Shown here: piece after piece, positions 16,752 through 17,705 of the stretch
Position numbering within the stretch: the stretch's first letter is position 1
How the letters are laid out: each line of letters opens with the position of its first letter
Source: a virus
Taxonomy: Duplodnaviria > Heunggongvirae > Uroviricota > Caudoviricetes
DNA length: 17,705 bases
Virus record (IMG/VR): IMGVR_UViG_2534681773_000018
Direction: 5' to 3' (one strand)
Made by a program: the position numbers and the translations under genes
The notes under the pieces: generated by a model
Told to the model about the DNA's origin: nothing
The model's input: the letters and a program-made list of their open reading frames with translations, nothing else
The model's database searches: none

Positions 16752-17705
16752 TTAAAATGTGTACTTAAGACCAGCAGTAGTGATGAAGTTATAGTTTTCT
16801 ATACCTGCTCCATTTTTGCTGTAGTCTGAAGTGTTATTATTGTGATCATAAAGTGAAGTATTACCTTTTTTATTCGTAACCCGATTCCATGCGCCTTCAA
16901 CATAAACTTTTGCGTTAGGTGTGACGTAATAACCTGCATTGACTGCAACAGAATAGTAATTTTGGTCTTTGACCTTACTGCGATAAGTGATTCTTTTTCC
17001 CGGGTCATAGTGTTCATCGTTATCAGATGATTCCACCCAGCCGCTGTATTTAAATGTGCCACCGAGTTCAAAATCTTCATAACGATAACTTCCAGTCAAG
17101 CCAATGTAGGGCATTTTAAAACGTTGTTTGTAGCCGATTGCCCTTTCTCCATTCGGGAAGGAGCCGATATCATCTCTGAATCCCTCCTCAGAACTGTAGA
17201 TATAGGAACCACCTCTGGCTGTAAAGCTATAACGGCTTTCCTGATATCCGGCCATGAGTCCCAGGCGGTAATTGGGTTCGTTGAGGAGCCAGCCTTTGAT
17301 ATTCAGATCAAATTCGTTGGCATAATTGAGTTGTGTATCAGGGTGTCTACTTTCATCCGTCCAGGTTCCGGGGTTACTGGAATCCATCCAGTCCTGATCG
17401 ACCATATTGCCACCTCGGCTGCCGAGAGTTGTCCAGCCAGCAGCCCCGATAGATATCTGGGGCATCAAATCCCAATTAATTGCACCTTTAATAATTGCAG
17501 CGCTATTGAATTTCCAGTCGAGTTGACTGACTTTTCGGCCTCCTTCTTCGGCTAGATAAACACGCTCTTTTGTTTTTCCGCTCAGAGTTCCAAGACTAAT
17601 GTCCGCATTTATGTTGTCAGGAGTAAACGATAAAGTCTCGGTAGAAGCAAAAGAGCTGATCGCAATAGGGGTTGTCAGGACTATTCCCAGAAGTTTCGCC
17701 CGCAT
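16752..17705 (-). CDS. ompT: Omptin-family outer membrane protease OmpT (protease VII), 317 aa, complete
   Basis: Start codon at 17703-17705 (window edge). Signal peptide MRAKLLGIVLTTPIAISSFA, mature N-terminus STETLSFTPDNINADISLG and C-terminal TTAGLKYTF are recognisable as E. coli OmpT; length 317 aa. Confidence 0.93.
   Translation of the reverse strand: MRAKLLGIVLTTPIAISSFASTETLSFTPDNINADISLGTLSGKTKERVYLAEEGGRKVSQLDWKFNSAAIIKGAINWDLMPQISIGAAGWTTLGSRGGNMVDQDWMDSSNPGTWTDESRHPDTQLNYANEFDLNIKGWLLNEPNYRLGLMAGYQESRYSFTARGGSYIYSSEEGFRDDIGSFPNGERAIGYKQRFKMPYIGLTGSYRYEDFELGGTFKYSGWVESSDNDEHYDPGKRITYRSKVKDQNYYSVAVNAGYYVTPNAKVYVEGAWNRVTNKKGNTSLYDHNNNTSDYSKNGAGIENYNFITTAGLKYTF

Noticed and set aside
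1-17705. tRNA or other structured RNA genes, for example as a prophage integration target
   Set aside because: I found no cloverleaf-compatible segment or conserved tRNA motifs by eye in the non-coding stretches. This cannot be excluded without tRNAscan-type analysis, but nothing supports a call.

Overview
The window is the right arm of a lambda-like (lambdoid) prophage of an enterobacterium, followed by a decayed AT-rich accessory region that ends in the appY-ompT locus known from the E. coli DLP12 region. Positions 1-10107 carry a near-canonical lambda tail-tip and host-range module on the + strand: tape measure H (3' part), M, L, K, I, J, the moron lom with its own terminator, and a side tail fibre (stf). 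After stf the lambda order is broken. In the slot where lambda has tfa there is a short ORF with a macro-domain-like motif, overlapping the stf stop and cut off by an IS3 element (10378-11634) that has no matching target-site duplication. Beyond the IS3 lie a tail-fibre 3' remnant, a lambda-like tfa, a convergent Gin/Hin-family serine invertase, an orphan small AT-rich ORF, a SAM-dependent methyltransferase (ybcY-like), a tfaX-like tfa remnant, an appY copy interrupted by a frameshift in an A7 run, and a complete ompT on the - strand ending exactly at the window edge. I found no rRNA, tRNA or CRISPR array. The most interesting parts are the stf-coupled macro-like ORF with its IS3 junction and the invertase-associated region (12.4-14.3 kb), which looks like the remains of a tail-fibre switching module plus unexplained small ORF and non-coding sequence. 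All homology statements are from memory of the protein families and my reading of the sequence, not from a database search.
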